This document shows positions 27,380 to 39,090 of a stretch of DNA of 64,000 bases, piece after piece. The DNA is from Mustelus asterias. Lineage: Eukaryota. The position numbers and the translations under genes are program-made. The notes beneath the pieces are model-generated. The model was given only the letters and a program-made list of their open reading frames with translations, searched no databases and was not told the DNA's origin. The DNA lies in NCBI RefSeq assembly GCF_964213995.1, contig NC_135804.1, forward strand, positions 116,312,001 through 116,376,000. Reading direction: 5' to 3'. Numbering within the stretch: the stretch's first letter is position 1; the number at the start of each line of letters is the position of its first letter.

Positions 27380-27980
27380 ACTTATTCATTGCTGTCAGTC
27401 CTGTACAGGACTGAGGGAGGGCTACACTCTCTGAAGTGTCATCTTTCAAACCAGACATTAAACTGAGGTTCTATCTGATCTCTAAAGTAGGTATAAGAAT
27501 GGCCTCATGGTGCTGGGGACCTGGGTTCAATTCCCAGCTTGGATCACTGTCTGTGTGGAGTTTGCACCTTCTCCCCGTGTCTGTGTGGGTTTCCTCCGGG
27601 TGCTCCGGTTCCCTCCCACAGTCTGAAAGATGTGCTGGTTAGGTGCATTGACCCGAACAGATGCCGGAGTGTGGTGACTAGGGGAATTTTATAGTAACTT
27701 CATTGCAGTGTTAATGTAAGCCTTACTTGTGACTAATAAATTATAAGAGATTGCATGACAATATTGAAAGAGCAAAGGACTTCTGCCATTGTTCTGGTCA
27801 ATATTTCTTCCTCAACTAAAGCCAGCAAAAGAAAGTATCTATTTCATTTTCTGTTAGTTTGCTGTGTGCAAATTGGCTGCTCTGTATGTTGCAACGGCGA
27901 CTGTATTTCAGATAATACTTAATTGGCTGTGAAATGTTTCAGAACATCGTAAGAACACTACAAATGCAAGTTTCTTTTTA
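27380..27980 (+). mobile_element. DeuSINE relic interrupted by a V-SINE (tail B, ~27502-27743)
   Basis: ctgagggag...tcatctttcaa... before, and ttgctgtgtgcaaattggctgc...aaatgcaagtttcttt after, the younger SINE. Confidence 0.65.
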
Positions 27981-28479
27981 GTGGTGCGTTTTTTAAAAAA
28001 AACATGAAACGGGAGGTGCAGTGGAAACATTGTTCCAAACATTATAAAATCGAGGTTGAAACATACTCCAGGAACCTCAACTCTCTAAGCAAAGTGCTGG
28101 AAACACAACCTTCCAGTCAGCAGATAAATTAGCACTTTGGCCACAACCCATTCCTCACAAGTGTAAGGGGGCAGAAAAGGCATTTTAATGCAACGAGTAA
28201 AAGAGAGAGAGAAATCTATGCATAGAAAAAGCCAGCCAGGGTGAGTGGAATTGTGTAGCACATCACCTCAGTCAAGTACGACTAACCGGGCAGGAATATT
28301 ACAGCATTGCAGACATCAAGGGTGTGTGGAGATGTAAGGAAGTGGGGAGGGAGATGTGAGGATTTTTGAGTGAGCTGCAACAACAAAAATTCTGGATCAT
28401 TTAGGATGAGCAGGTAGATGATTCCGCGTTGGATTTTTATTTTTGCTTTTTGGACATTGATGCAGACGTGATCCTCAAT

Positions 28480-28830
28480 TTCTATTCCCAAAGAATTTCT
28501 CCGGACCAATCTTTTGGGGGAGACGGAGCTCTGGGAAGGGGAGGCTCCTCCTTCCTTTGTAACGTCAGGGTGGGAGTAAACCAATGGGGTGTAGATATGT
28601 AGATTAGGAGGGGGGGTGGTGGTGGTGCGGGAGTCCCGCCCGCCCGCAGGCACTGTGGATTGGTCGGTGCGGCGGCCGGTGGGAGGTGCGCCTTGGCTGG
28701 GGCACAGAGGGAAGGAGGGGGCCCCGGCGGCGGCCGCTGAGTGGATGCGGCAGGCGTCGCTCAGGCGGTGCGGGGCTATCAAGTTGCGGCGGAGCCGGAG
28801 ACAGAGCTGCAAAGCCGGGGAGAGCTGAGT
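28480..28830 (+). promoter_or_regulatory. CpG-island, apparently TATA-less promoter of the protocadherin gene
   Basis: Abrupt GC/CpG enrichment; CCAAT at 28506-28510 and 28581-28585; ATTGG at 28659-28663; CRE-like (T)AACGTCA at ~28560-28567; GC boxes CCCGCCCGCCC at ~28635-28646; ~1 kb upstream of the ATG. Confidence 0.7.
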
Positions 28831-29064
28831 TCGTGCAGTAGTAGTAGCAGCAGCAGCAGCAGCAGCTCCAACTCAGGACACACAGAGAGACACAGACAGA
28901 GAGGAGAGGCAAGCTGAGTAGCAACAAAATCCACCTCCTCCCAACTTCAGCACCCAGACAGCGGCATGTTTCCTCCCGCAAGACACAGCTTGACCTGACT
29001 TTTTCCCCCCAGTTCTTTGAAGAAAACAGCGTTTTCCCCCAAAAGAGGTGGAAAAAAAAGAGAG
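28760..29064 (+). other. Probable non-coding 5'UTR exon (TSS not determinable)
   Basis: Follows the promoter. Candidate donor GAG|GTGTGT at 29064/29065, then AT-rich intron-like sequence ending at a strong acceptor. Confidence 0.4.
28839..28865 (+). repeat. (TAG)3(CAG)6 trinucleotide repeat in the putative 5'UTR
   Basis: Read directly. Confidence 0.9.
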
Positions 29065-29106
29065 GTGTGTGCGTGTGTATACGAGAGAAGGAAGGGGAGA
29101 TAAATG

Positions 29107-29332
29107 CTTGTTTTAAATGTTTCAGTTTGGGTGGGAAAAAGTAATTTCTTGCTTTAAATATTGCAGTTTGGGTGGGTAAAAATAATTGCTTTAAATGTTA
29201 CAGTTTGGGTGAAATAAAAATAACCTTGCTTTAAATGTTACAGTTTGGTTGGGAAACAAAAAATAATTGATTGCTTTAAATGTTTCAATTGGTGGGAAAA
29301 ATACAAATTGTTCGCGTTTGGATGTTTCAATT
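29107..29332 (+). repeat. Degenerate minisatellite, ~5-6 units of ~38-45 bp
   Basis: Unit approximately ttgctttaaatgttacagtttgggtgggaaaaataa, repeated in tandem. Confidence 0.85.
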
Positions 29333-29504
29333 TCAATTTAAAAAAACTCTTCGTTTTAAAGTGTGCAGAAGCTTAGATTTTGCAATGCATTGCACTGGCA
29401 GCACGATCCGCTGTTAAAAGAGTTTGAAATATTTCCCCCTTGAAATATTCCTGTATTTTTGCATGTCTTTATTTTTTCTCCTTTTCTCCCAAATGTACTT
29501 GTAA

Positions 29505-29569
29505 TTGAAGTTTTTAATTAAGTTTTTCTCTCTCTGTTTTTTCTCTTCCCCCCCCCCCCCTGTTTGCAG
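29505..29569 (+). promoter_or_regulatory. Splice acceptor (branch-point-like TTAAT, polypyrimidine tract, CAG) of the large coding exon
   Basis: ttttaatt...tttttctctctctgtttt...cccccccccctgtttgCAG|aag, AG at 29568-29569. Confidence 0.7.
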
Positions 29570-29680
29570 AAGTTGCTGTTTTTTTGAGGGGGGGGGAGGT
29601 GGTGAGATTGATTTGTGGAGGAGCTGCAGTGTTGCTGGAAAGGGGAGAGAGAGAGGTTGCTGCCGCCGCCGCTGCTGCTG

Positions 29681-32600
29681 ATGGAGAGGCGAGGAGGGCT
29701 GGATGTGTGGCGAGGCGCCTCCGCCGCCGCCGCCCGCTACCTGCTGCTGGGGCTGCTGGCGCTGCGAGCCGGGGCCGGCGGGCAGGAGCGCGACTACACC
29801 CTGCGGGAGGAGCTGCCCGACAACGTGCTGGTGGCCAACCTGGTGCGGGACCTCAACCTGACGGCGGCGGCGGCGGCCGGGCTGCCGCTCACCTTCAAGC
29901 TGGTGTCCAAGACCGGGGACGCCCCGCTGCTGCGGGTGGAGGGCGGCAGCGGCGAGCTGTACACCACCCCGCACCGCATCGACCGCGAGAAACTCTGCGC
30001 CAATGTCTACAGCGACAGCCGCTGCTTCTACGAGGTGGAGGTGGCCGTGCTGCCCAACGAGGTCTTCCAGCTGGTCAAGATGCGCTTCCTCATCGAGGAT
30101 GTCAACGACAACGCGCCCCTCTTCCCCTCGGCCGTCATCAACATCTCCATCCCGGAGAACACCGCTGTCAACTCCCGCTACTCCATCCCCTCCGCCCTGG
30201 ACCCCGACGTGGGCATCAATGGCATCCAGCACTACGAGCTGCTCAAGGGGCAGAGCGTCTTCGGGCTGGACATCATCGAGACCCCCGAGGGTGACAAGTG
30301 GCCCCAGCTGATCGTCCAGCAGAACCTGGACCGCGAGCAGAAGGACACCTACGTGATGAAGATCAAGGTGGAAGATGGGGGCTTGCCCCCCAGGTCCAGC
30401 ACTGCCATCCTCCAGATCACCGTCACCGATGTCAACGACAACCGGCCCGTCTTCAAGGAGGGCGAGGTGGACGTCCACATCCCCGAGGACGCGCCGACGG
30501 GCACCTCGGTCATCCAGCTGCACGCCACCGACGCCGACCTGGGCTCCAATGCCGTGGTGCGCTTCTCCTTCAGCAACCAGGTGTCCGCGCTGGCCAGGCG
30601 CCTCTTCGCCGTCGACGCCGCCACCGGCCTGATCACCGTCAGGCAGCCGCTGGACCGCGAGGAGTTCCCGGTCCACAAGCTGACCATCTTGGCCAGCGAC
30701 GGCAGCTCGACCCCGTCCAGAGCTGTGGTCACCGTCAACATCACCGACGTCAACGACAATGTGCCAACCATCGACACCAGGTACATCATTAACCCCGTAA
30801 ATGGCACCGTCCTGCTGTCCGAAAATGTACCACTTAATACCAAAATCGCACTGATAACAGTCACAGATGAGGATGCAGATTTAAATGGGAAAGTTACCTG
30901 CTTCACTGATCACGATGTGCCATATCGTTTGAAACCTGTGTTTGAAAGCCAGTTCTTATTAGAGACTGCAGCCTTGTTGGACTATGAGAGTACTAAAGAA
31001 TATACTATTAAGATAGTGGCTTCTGATGCAGGCAAACCACCGTTAAATCAATCAGCCACTGTGGTGATTAAACTGAAGGACGAGAATGATAACGCTCCTG
31101 TTTTTAATCAGCCTGTAATTGGCCTGTCAATCCCTGAAAATAACACCCCTGGTACACAGTTAACAAAAATCAGTGCCACGGACGCAGACAGTGGGAAAAA
31201 TGCAGAGATCACTTACCTCCTGGGTCCCAATGCCCCATCCATCTTCAGTGTAGATCGGAGAACTGGCATTCTGTCAGCCATGAGGAGATTAGACCGTGAG
31301 AAGCAAGACCGCTATGTCTTTACAGTACTGGCCAGGGATGGAGGAAGGCCTTCCATTCAGAGCAATGCTACTGTGGTTGTGACTGTGTTGGATCAAAATG
31401 ACAATAGCCCTTCCTTCACACACAGTGAATACAACTTCTACGTGCCTGAAAACTTACCTATGTATGGGACAGTTGGACTTATCACAGTTACAGATGCAGA
31501 TGCCAGAGGTAACGCGGCTGTTAGCCTATCCATCTTGAATGACAAGGGTTACTTTATAATTGACCCCACCAGTGGTGTCATCAAGCCCAATATTACATTT
31601 GACAGGGAGCAGCAAAGTTCCTACACTTTTCAAGTCATGGCTGTGGATGGAGGTAGGCCTCAACGGTCTTCAGTGGCCAGGGTGACTATAAATGTCGTTG
31701 ATGTAAATGACAACAGTCCAGTGTTTGTGTATCCTCCATCTAACTTTTCGTACGAACTGGTCTCTACTTCTGCTAACCCTGGCTCTGTGGTAGGGAAAGT
31801 TTTTGCAATTGACAATGACACCGGGATGAACGCAGAGCTTCGCTACAGTATTGTCAGTGGGAACTCCAGAGGACTGTTTGCCATTGATCCAATGACTGGC
31901 AATATCACTTTGCAAGAAAAGGTGACTACATCAGACCACGGTTTGTACAGACTTGTGGTGAAGGTCATTGACTTGGGACAGCCTGAATCCTTGCATGCCA
32001 TGGCACTTGTGCATTTGTTTCTGAACGAAACCATCAATAATTTCACCTACGTCCAAGAGCTGGTGCGGAAGAGCATGGAGACTCCTTTGGACAAGAATGT
32101 TGGGGACAGTCAGATGACTCCACAGACCAATGATTATATTAAGATTGTTATTGCCATCATAGCTGGGACTATGACTGTCATCCTTGTCATTTTTGTGACT
32201 GCTTTGGTGCGCTGTCGCCACACACCAAGGCACAAAACTGTGCAGAAGGGGAAACAGAGTGGGGAATGGGTTTCTCCCAATCAGGAAAACAGACAGATTA
32301 AGAAAAAGAAACGAAAGAAGAAGAGGTCTCCAAAGAACCTTCTTCTAAATTTTGTCACCATTGAGGAGTCCAAACCTGATGACCCGGCCCACGAACACAT
32401 CAATGGTACTTTGGACCTTCCGGTGGAACTGGAGGATCAGACTATGGGGAAGTACAACTGGGGCAAAACGCCTACCACTTTTAAACCAGATAGTCCCGAT
32501 CTAGGAAAGCACTACAAGTCGGCCTCCCCACAGCCCTCCTTTCAAATCAAGCCAGAGACTCCGGTGCCAGTGAAGAAACACCATGTCATCCAAGAATTAC

Positions 32601-32734
32601 CGCTGGATAACACATTTGTGGTGGGCTGCGACTCCCTGTCCAAGTGTTCTTCGAGCAGCTCTGACCCCTACAGCGTATCAGAGTGCAGTTGTCAGGGAGG
32701 CTTCAAGACTGCAGGGCCAATCCACACCAGACAG
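29681..32734 (+). CDS. PCDH11: Protocadherin-11-like delta-1 protocadherin, large first coding exon (signal peptide, EC1-EC7, TM, proximal cytoplasmic tail); gene continues beyond the window
   Basis: Uninterrupted ORF with cadherin motifs (PE, DRE/DYE, six DxNDN linkers = 7 EC repeats), [24 protein letters not shown] and a basic KKKKRKKKR stretch. PCDH11-type residues as recalled: [61 protein letters not shown]. First ATG at 29681. Donor CAG|GTAATG at 32734/32735 after ...IHTRQ. Read-through gives VMQRF-stop at 32752. Confidence 0.9.
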
Positions 32735-33187
32735 GTAATGCAGAGATTCTAACTGGCCCTCACACAGAGATCTTGTCTTGAAGATTAAAAGCCTTGAATG
32801 GTCATGCATGGCTGAGGCATTGAAATGTAAACAGCTTGTGATTCATCAATGTTGGAGAGAGAAATTAGAATGAAATGGCATTTAGCTGGTGGTGATTGCT
32901 GAGTTGTTGTTTCAACAATATGGTCTCTAGGTGGCACTGTAGTACTTCCTGGGTGTACAGAAAGCTGCAGCAGTTGTGAAAAGTACTGTGGAGTAGCAAG
33001 CACAGGAATCCTGAGATGCGTAGTGCAGGTGCAATGTGAGGCTGTACAAAATCGATCTTTTGGTTTCTGTTCAGAGACGTTGGCACCAGCAGTAAGGAAG
33101 GGAGGAACAGACCACACATTACACAGCAAAACAGTATCCCATTATACTGAAGAACAAAGACAGTAATATATTTAAAAAAAAACTTGT

Positions 33188-33193
33188 AATAAA
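33188..33193 (+). terminator. Candidate intronic polyadenylation signal for a short read-through isoform
   Basis: AATAAA ~440 nt after the read-through stop at 32752, followed by T/G-rich sequence. Confidence 0.35.
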
Positions 33194-36100
33194 ACTGCTG
33201 TGACTCAACCATTGCCTTTCTGTTTAAATGAACATGCTTTTGTCAGGAATGTTCTGTAATTTCTAAATCTGGAGGTCTCCGGGGAGGAGGGGAAAAGAAG
33301 TGCTTCTCAATTCCGTTCCGTAGAATCAGTGAAATTCTCAAGCTGTCAAACCTCGGAATGTCAGAAACGCAACAGCATGATTATTCAAGTTTTGATACAC
33401 CTAAATATGACTTCTCTATCACCACGCATGCTGGAGTCTGGCTGCGTAAATTAATTGTCTATTTTTAAAGTGTTGAACAGGCACGTTGAATTACATAGGC
33501 AGCAGGCATACCACCTATCGTCTGTGTCTTAAGAAATTGATATTGAGTTTACAGAGCCAGCCCCCTGGGTCACAGTTGAAAAATATGCCCTCGTTTTTTC
33601 TCGTGCCAACCCTTTTAATGCTTTTAACACAACCACATATTTGTGAAAAATAGGAGACTGGGGGTAAATACAAATCTTGTAGCAAAATGGGGCAGTTAAA
33701 AATGAAGAGAAAACGGACATGCACCAAAATATCTTAAGAAGGACCGAGGGGAAAGAACGATGGTGATACAGGTGTTTTCAAAAGCATGTTGATTGACAGA
33801 TGTGTTGTGGGAGGATGTACTTGCAAACCTTAATGGCAACAAAAGTCCTCAAAATGATATGCAAATGTTTCAAATGAAATGGGTGGCAGAACAGTGTGTA
33901 CTATTGAACATTGTAATGTCTGTTTTAATGTAGCTCTCTGAATCTCCATTATTCTACTGTGCTGCGTTCCTTTGAGACCTGTTTAACCCTGGTAGGCAAA
34001 CGGAACCGTAGCTGGAGCCAAACCGCTACCGGCTTTGCTGCTCAGTTAATTATTCAACTGCTTGGAGGACAATTGCATGTACTGTTTGTCTCAAGTATTT
34101 TCCCTGTGAGTAGATTTCGTTTTTGTCTAGCATTTAGGTCAGTAATCTGTGTTATCAATCACACACAAAAAAAACGGAGAGACCAATAAGATAGGGTTAG
34201 TTCACCGAGCAACTTAAAGCTCGAACTCACAGAAGCATTTAGCTCCAGGAATTGCATTTCACTGATTTGGAGCCTATTCATCCATCAATACGCTTGTTTC
34301 CTGGTGTGAATAAACATTTCACTGGGTCCTGTGGCTCTATTCAATCCATACAAATTTTAAACGGCCTCCCTCCCCCATTCTGAGCTGTTTTGCAAAGTTG
34401 TTGGGATTCCAGACCCTCTATGTATTAAACCACTAGGAGTCAGTAGTTCTACCTTCTTGAAGTATTAGATTGTGGTTTTCCTGAGGATTGGCTGAGCAGT
34501 AAACAAGGCTGTAACCTGATTTTACAGAACGTGCAATTGAACTGGTGCAGACACTCAGTCACTGCTCAGCTGTGTGCATCTGACAGTATGCCCACTAAAA
34601 TGACACATGGTTGCCCAGAAAATGCCTCTTTTTTTTTTGTAGTGAAGGTTAAGCTTTCCACAGTTGTAGAGAAAATATGCTGTTGATGTTTTTTGGGGGG
34701 TTTGTGGAAGGGGGAGGGGAGAGCTTCCCAGATGTTTTGTTCTGGCATTTCCTTAAATTGATGCCCTGTCTTTGTTTTTGTGGTAGAGAGCACTAAAGAT
34801 ACGTGTGCACTTTAATATTAAGAATGCCATACATATTTAATCAAGTCTGTGAAAATGTTGTATTTTTACCTTTCCAAAAATATGTTTGTTTGACTTCTTT
34901 GAACACGTTTATTGAACTATACCTCCTACTTAACACAGTGAAGAAGAAACTAGGCTGTAATTAAAGATAAAAGGTGTGATTTAATAATGATAAACCTGTG
35001 GCACTTCTCACCTTTTGGTAACTATGGTCATGTCATTGTTGATGGTGCTCTTTAAGATCCATTTGCGGCTATTGGCTCGTGTGAAGTCTTATTGTTACTA
35101 TATTTACAGTTAATACTGGACATGCGTTTTGTTGCATTTCAAGTAAACTGCTTTTCTTTTGACTCTTCACAACAGATTTAAAAATGATAGGTGAGAGCAG
35201 CAGCACAGTCTTGTTGTACGATTCCTACTTAATAATCCCATGGTTAAGTCCTGAATGCCATTTGCAGCTTCCATGGATTACTTCTTTCTGTGGTATTCCA
35301 TACAGATCTACAGTCCTGTAGATGGTTTATCTGTAACAGTAAATCAAAGAAGCAGAACACATGCAATAAATCAAATAGAGCAGAAAGGTATATGGATTCC
35401 ACAAGAAATGTTCTTTCAGAGCTGGCAAACATTATTTGCTCAGGTCATTTGCTTTTGTTTACAGAAATGTTATGTTTTTAAAATTATATTATACAAGAAG
35501 TACAATGTTGAAGTAGTCAGAACAGAGTGACCAATTTCCATTTTGGTTACCTCAAATTGGCCATTCAAATTGTCGGAAGAGGGAACCAATCCTATTATTA
35601 AACTGAAATACACTAGGCAGTGCTTGTTCATTTTGAAAGAAGCTGTTCAGTATGGGCTAATGTTCTTCCTTGATATTGCAACATGTTGTCATGCAAATTA
35701 ATTGACTCCAGTGGAACTTTATTGTTACAAACTCACCGGTCTTTAAAGAAAATCCCTGCCTAAAACAGTCAGTTCCCATCAATGCTCTTCACATACTCGG
35801 TAGTTCCCAGGTTTAGTCTTCAGCCTGTGCCAGAGTGTATGTGTTCTGAAGGAGAGGTTACACAAAATGGGTGCTGCAATTGATCTTATTGCCTCTGGAC
35901 TGAGAATGGGGACAATTGGCTTGGTTTGATTGGTATTTACTGATTTCAAGGAGAAAGTGCACACCTGTGCACTTCAGTTAAAGGCGGTTAGGCCTAGCTC
36001 CGACAGCCTCTTACTGCTGAATACCTTGTCACCACACATGAGTGGCCACCTTTTTGGCAAAGGGCTCAAGGGTGACAGTTGTGTGTGGAACGCACAACTT

Positions 36101-39090
36101 TGCGTGATCCAGCCTTCACAGTAGAGAGAGCACAATACATTTTTTAAAAAAATTTGCATCTTAAAAATATTGGTCACATCGATGACAGCCACAAATGAGG
36201 CATAGCCAGACTGCTTGGCTGGTCTCTGAGTTTGTAACAATAAGGTTCGACTGCGTACTTGCAATGTTATGTGAAATGTGCAACATTCAATTTGCGCGCT
36301 TGTGTATGTTGATTTTATTATTCTTGTGATTTCAATGAAGCAATTTGCAGTTGTACCTATTAAAAGCAATAGTTAAATTGAAGAATTTAATCTAATAAGA
36401 GTAAGTGCAATGTAGTGTAAAACCGCTCCATTTCAATTTTAGTGGTGGACGTACCATTTCTTTCATTTGAATTAAAATTCATTTTGGAATTTATACATTT
36501 TCTGTACTTTTGGTATGGCCTGTGTACTTCATTTTGTATATTTTAGACGCATTTAATGTCTTTTGTGCAAAACCCATTTCCTCATTAAACTTTTTTTGCA
36601 TTATACTAACACATGAGCAGAATCTTTGGTGTTTCAAATCTAAGGTCATTGGGAGTGTTGTATTTTAGTTCTTCAAATCAGCTCATTTTCTACCCTCCTC
36701 CATGGCAGCTCTCTCTCCTCTTCTCTGGAATATAAATATTGTTGAGAATAGGATTTCAGGAGCATCAGTGAATGTCTGAAACTTTACTCAAACAGCCACT
36801 GTTTGTACAGACCTTGACAGTGAGTACCAGACAGGTATTCAACTGCAGTGCATTACATCAGTGCCCATTTCTGTCTTCACCTGATACTCATACAAATGCA
36901 CTGCCACAACTAGTTGTTGCATGTCACTGAGGAGCATATGGACTCTGGAATGATTTTTATCCTGCATAACCCAAGTAAACAGCTAATTGTAATACTAATG
37001 GAGGGTAGCTAACTCAGCACAGGATATATTTTAGACACTGGATGAACTCAGCCATTATTGGAGCTGTTTTTAAATTGATATGAAGGAAGAATCCAGGGAG
37101 TCACAGACATTGTATACAAGGGAAAAATACTTTAAAGACTTGGATTTTTATCCATTTTTTGTCCATGTGTGATGGACTAATTCATGCTATTTATTTCCTA
37201 CACTTGCTGAACCACCATTCAACAGCTCTCATTACTTTGCCCATGGAGCCTGTGTAAGCAGGAGAGCCTAGATACAAGCTATCACTATATATGGGGGTGG
37301 GGGCAGATATCAATAATTTTAAAACAACACACGTGCACTTTCCAGCATAGGAATAATGGTTAGGAACACTGGTCTATTTTGTGCCTGTCCTTATCTCAGG
37401 GAAATGTATGCCAATTGTACAACCAGCTATCTCAGTAAAAAGCAGCAATTGAACCAGGAATTCATCTTGGTTGAATTCCATTCTGGGAAGACCATGGATC
37501 AAGGGATCTGCCTCATTTCTAATTAGGTGGAACAACAACTAATACTTATATAACACATTTAGTGTAGCAAAAGGACCAAGGGCATTTCAAAGAAACGTCC
37601 TCAACATCAGCCGCATTAGGAGATACAAAGGCAAATAGGACAGGTTTTAGGCATTGTCTTAAAAGAGGGATGAAGTTTAGGGAGGGAATTTAGAGCAAGG
37701 GATTTGGTAGCTAAGGGCACAGTTGCCACTGGTGAATTGATTGAAATTGGAAGAGCTCAAATATCTTGGAGGGTTGTAGGGCTGGAGACGATTCCAGAAT
37801 TCTGGAAGTGGAAGGACATAAGCATTTGAATACAAAAGATGAGTATTTTAAAGTTGAGGTGTTGCTGAATTGGGGGCCAGCGGGCTCGGGGGTAATGGGT
37901 GAATTGGACTTGAGGCAAGTAAGGACATGAACAGCAGAGTTTCAGATGATCTCTGGTTTACAGAGTGTAGAATTTGGGAAGGTGGCCAGATTTATGAATT
38001 GTCCAATCCAGAGGTAAGGAAAACATGGGCCTGGATTCTCCAGTATCGTATGCCCTGCTGCCAAACCTCCATTCACCTCAGCGGGACTGGAGGAATCCCA
38101 ATCATGGATGAGGTTGGAGAATTCCGGCCATGGATAAGTGTTTCAACAGAAGATGAGTTGAGACAGGGTGGAGTTAGATGATATAGAGGTGGAAAAATGA
38201 AGCCTAGTGATGGTGCAGTTATATGGTCAGAAGCTCATCTTAACTCTTAAGGTACTTATCTACTAAATCAATGCTGTTGACAACAGCAGTGCAGATTTCC
38301 CAAGCCTGAGTTGGAACTAGTGACATGGGTTATTTAAAATTAGGAACGAGTCCAAGAGAGTTGCTCCATGTGTGTCAATCTAGGAAACCAGTGGAACTGC
38401 AGAAACTCTCAGCCCAATCTAAATGTAAAAAGTATGTTCATCTAAAATCTTCCTCTCGGTGTAAGTATAGAAGTGGCTTTTGTTTGCTGATGCAACTGAG
38501 CATATGAAGATTATGCAGAAGGAATAGGTTTTACACCATCACTTGAACATTTTCCTCTCTTTATGGAGAAAACCAGATTGAAGTAGATATAAGTTTATAA
38601 ATGTTAACCTTCACTATTATAAGATGAACACATTTCAATCCATGTGTCAGTTGTGCTTCACAAAAGAACCTACTCTGCAGTGAGAATGGTCAGTACAGAT
38701 AACTCCAATCAGAGCAATTGGAGAAAACTATCAGGCATTACTTTCGCCTGCTAACTGAACTTGGGCTGAACATTTTCAAGGTGAATTAATGGCTTCTGAA
38801 AACTGCAGTTATAGATGTCTGTTTTTCTCTTGCCTGTTTGACTTCTGAGAATTATACTTGGAAAATAACCTGTAAATATCCAGCTTTTCAAAAAGTGAAA
38901 CTTTCTCCCCAAATTCAGTTGTTCTGTCCTGCATCCGAGACTGGTGACAATATATTTTGAGGTACTGAGTTACCTGGATTCTCTTGAATACTCCACCATT
39001 AAAAACAATGACAGCACTTCAGAAGTTATTTATTGTCCATGAAGAGCTTTGAAACATCCTCAAGAAGCAGTAAGGGGCTATATCAAAGTC

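Noticed and set aside
29107-29332. CRISPR-like spacing of repeats
   Set aside because: Eukaryotic context, no unique spacers, degenerate tandem units, no cas genes.
29615-29680. ORF-track N-terminal extension from GTG
   Set aside because: Non-ATG start from a bacterial-style ORF caller; the first ATG is 29681, followed by a plausible signal peptide.
29414-30676. 420-aa antisense ORF, plus other 100-236-aa alternative-frame ORFs over the exon
   Set aside because: Expected shadow of extreme GC3 bias in the protocadherin frame; confined to the GC-rich part; no recognisable domain.
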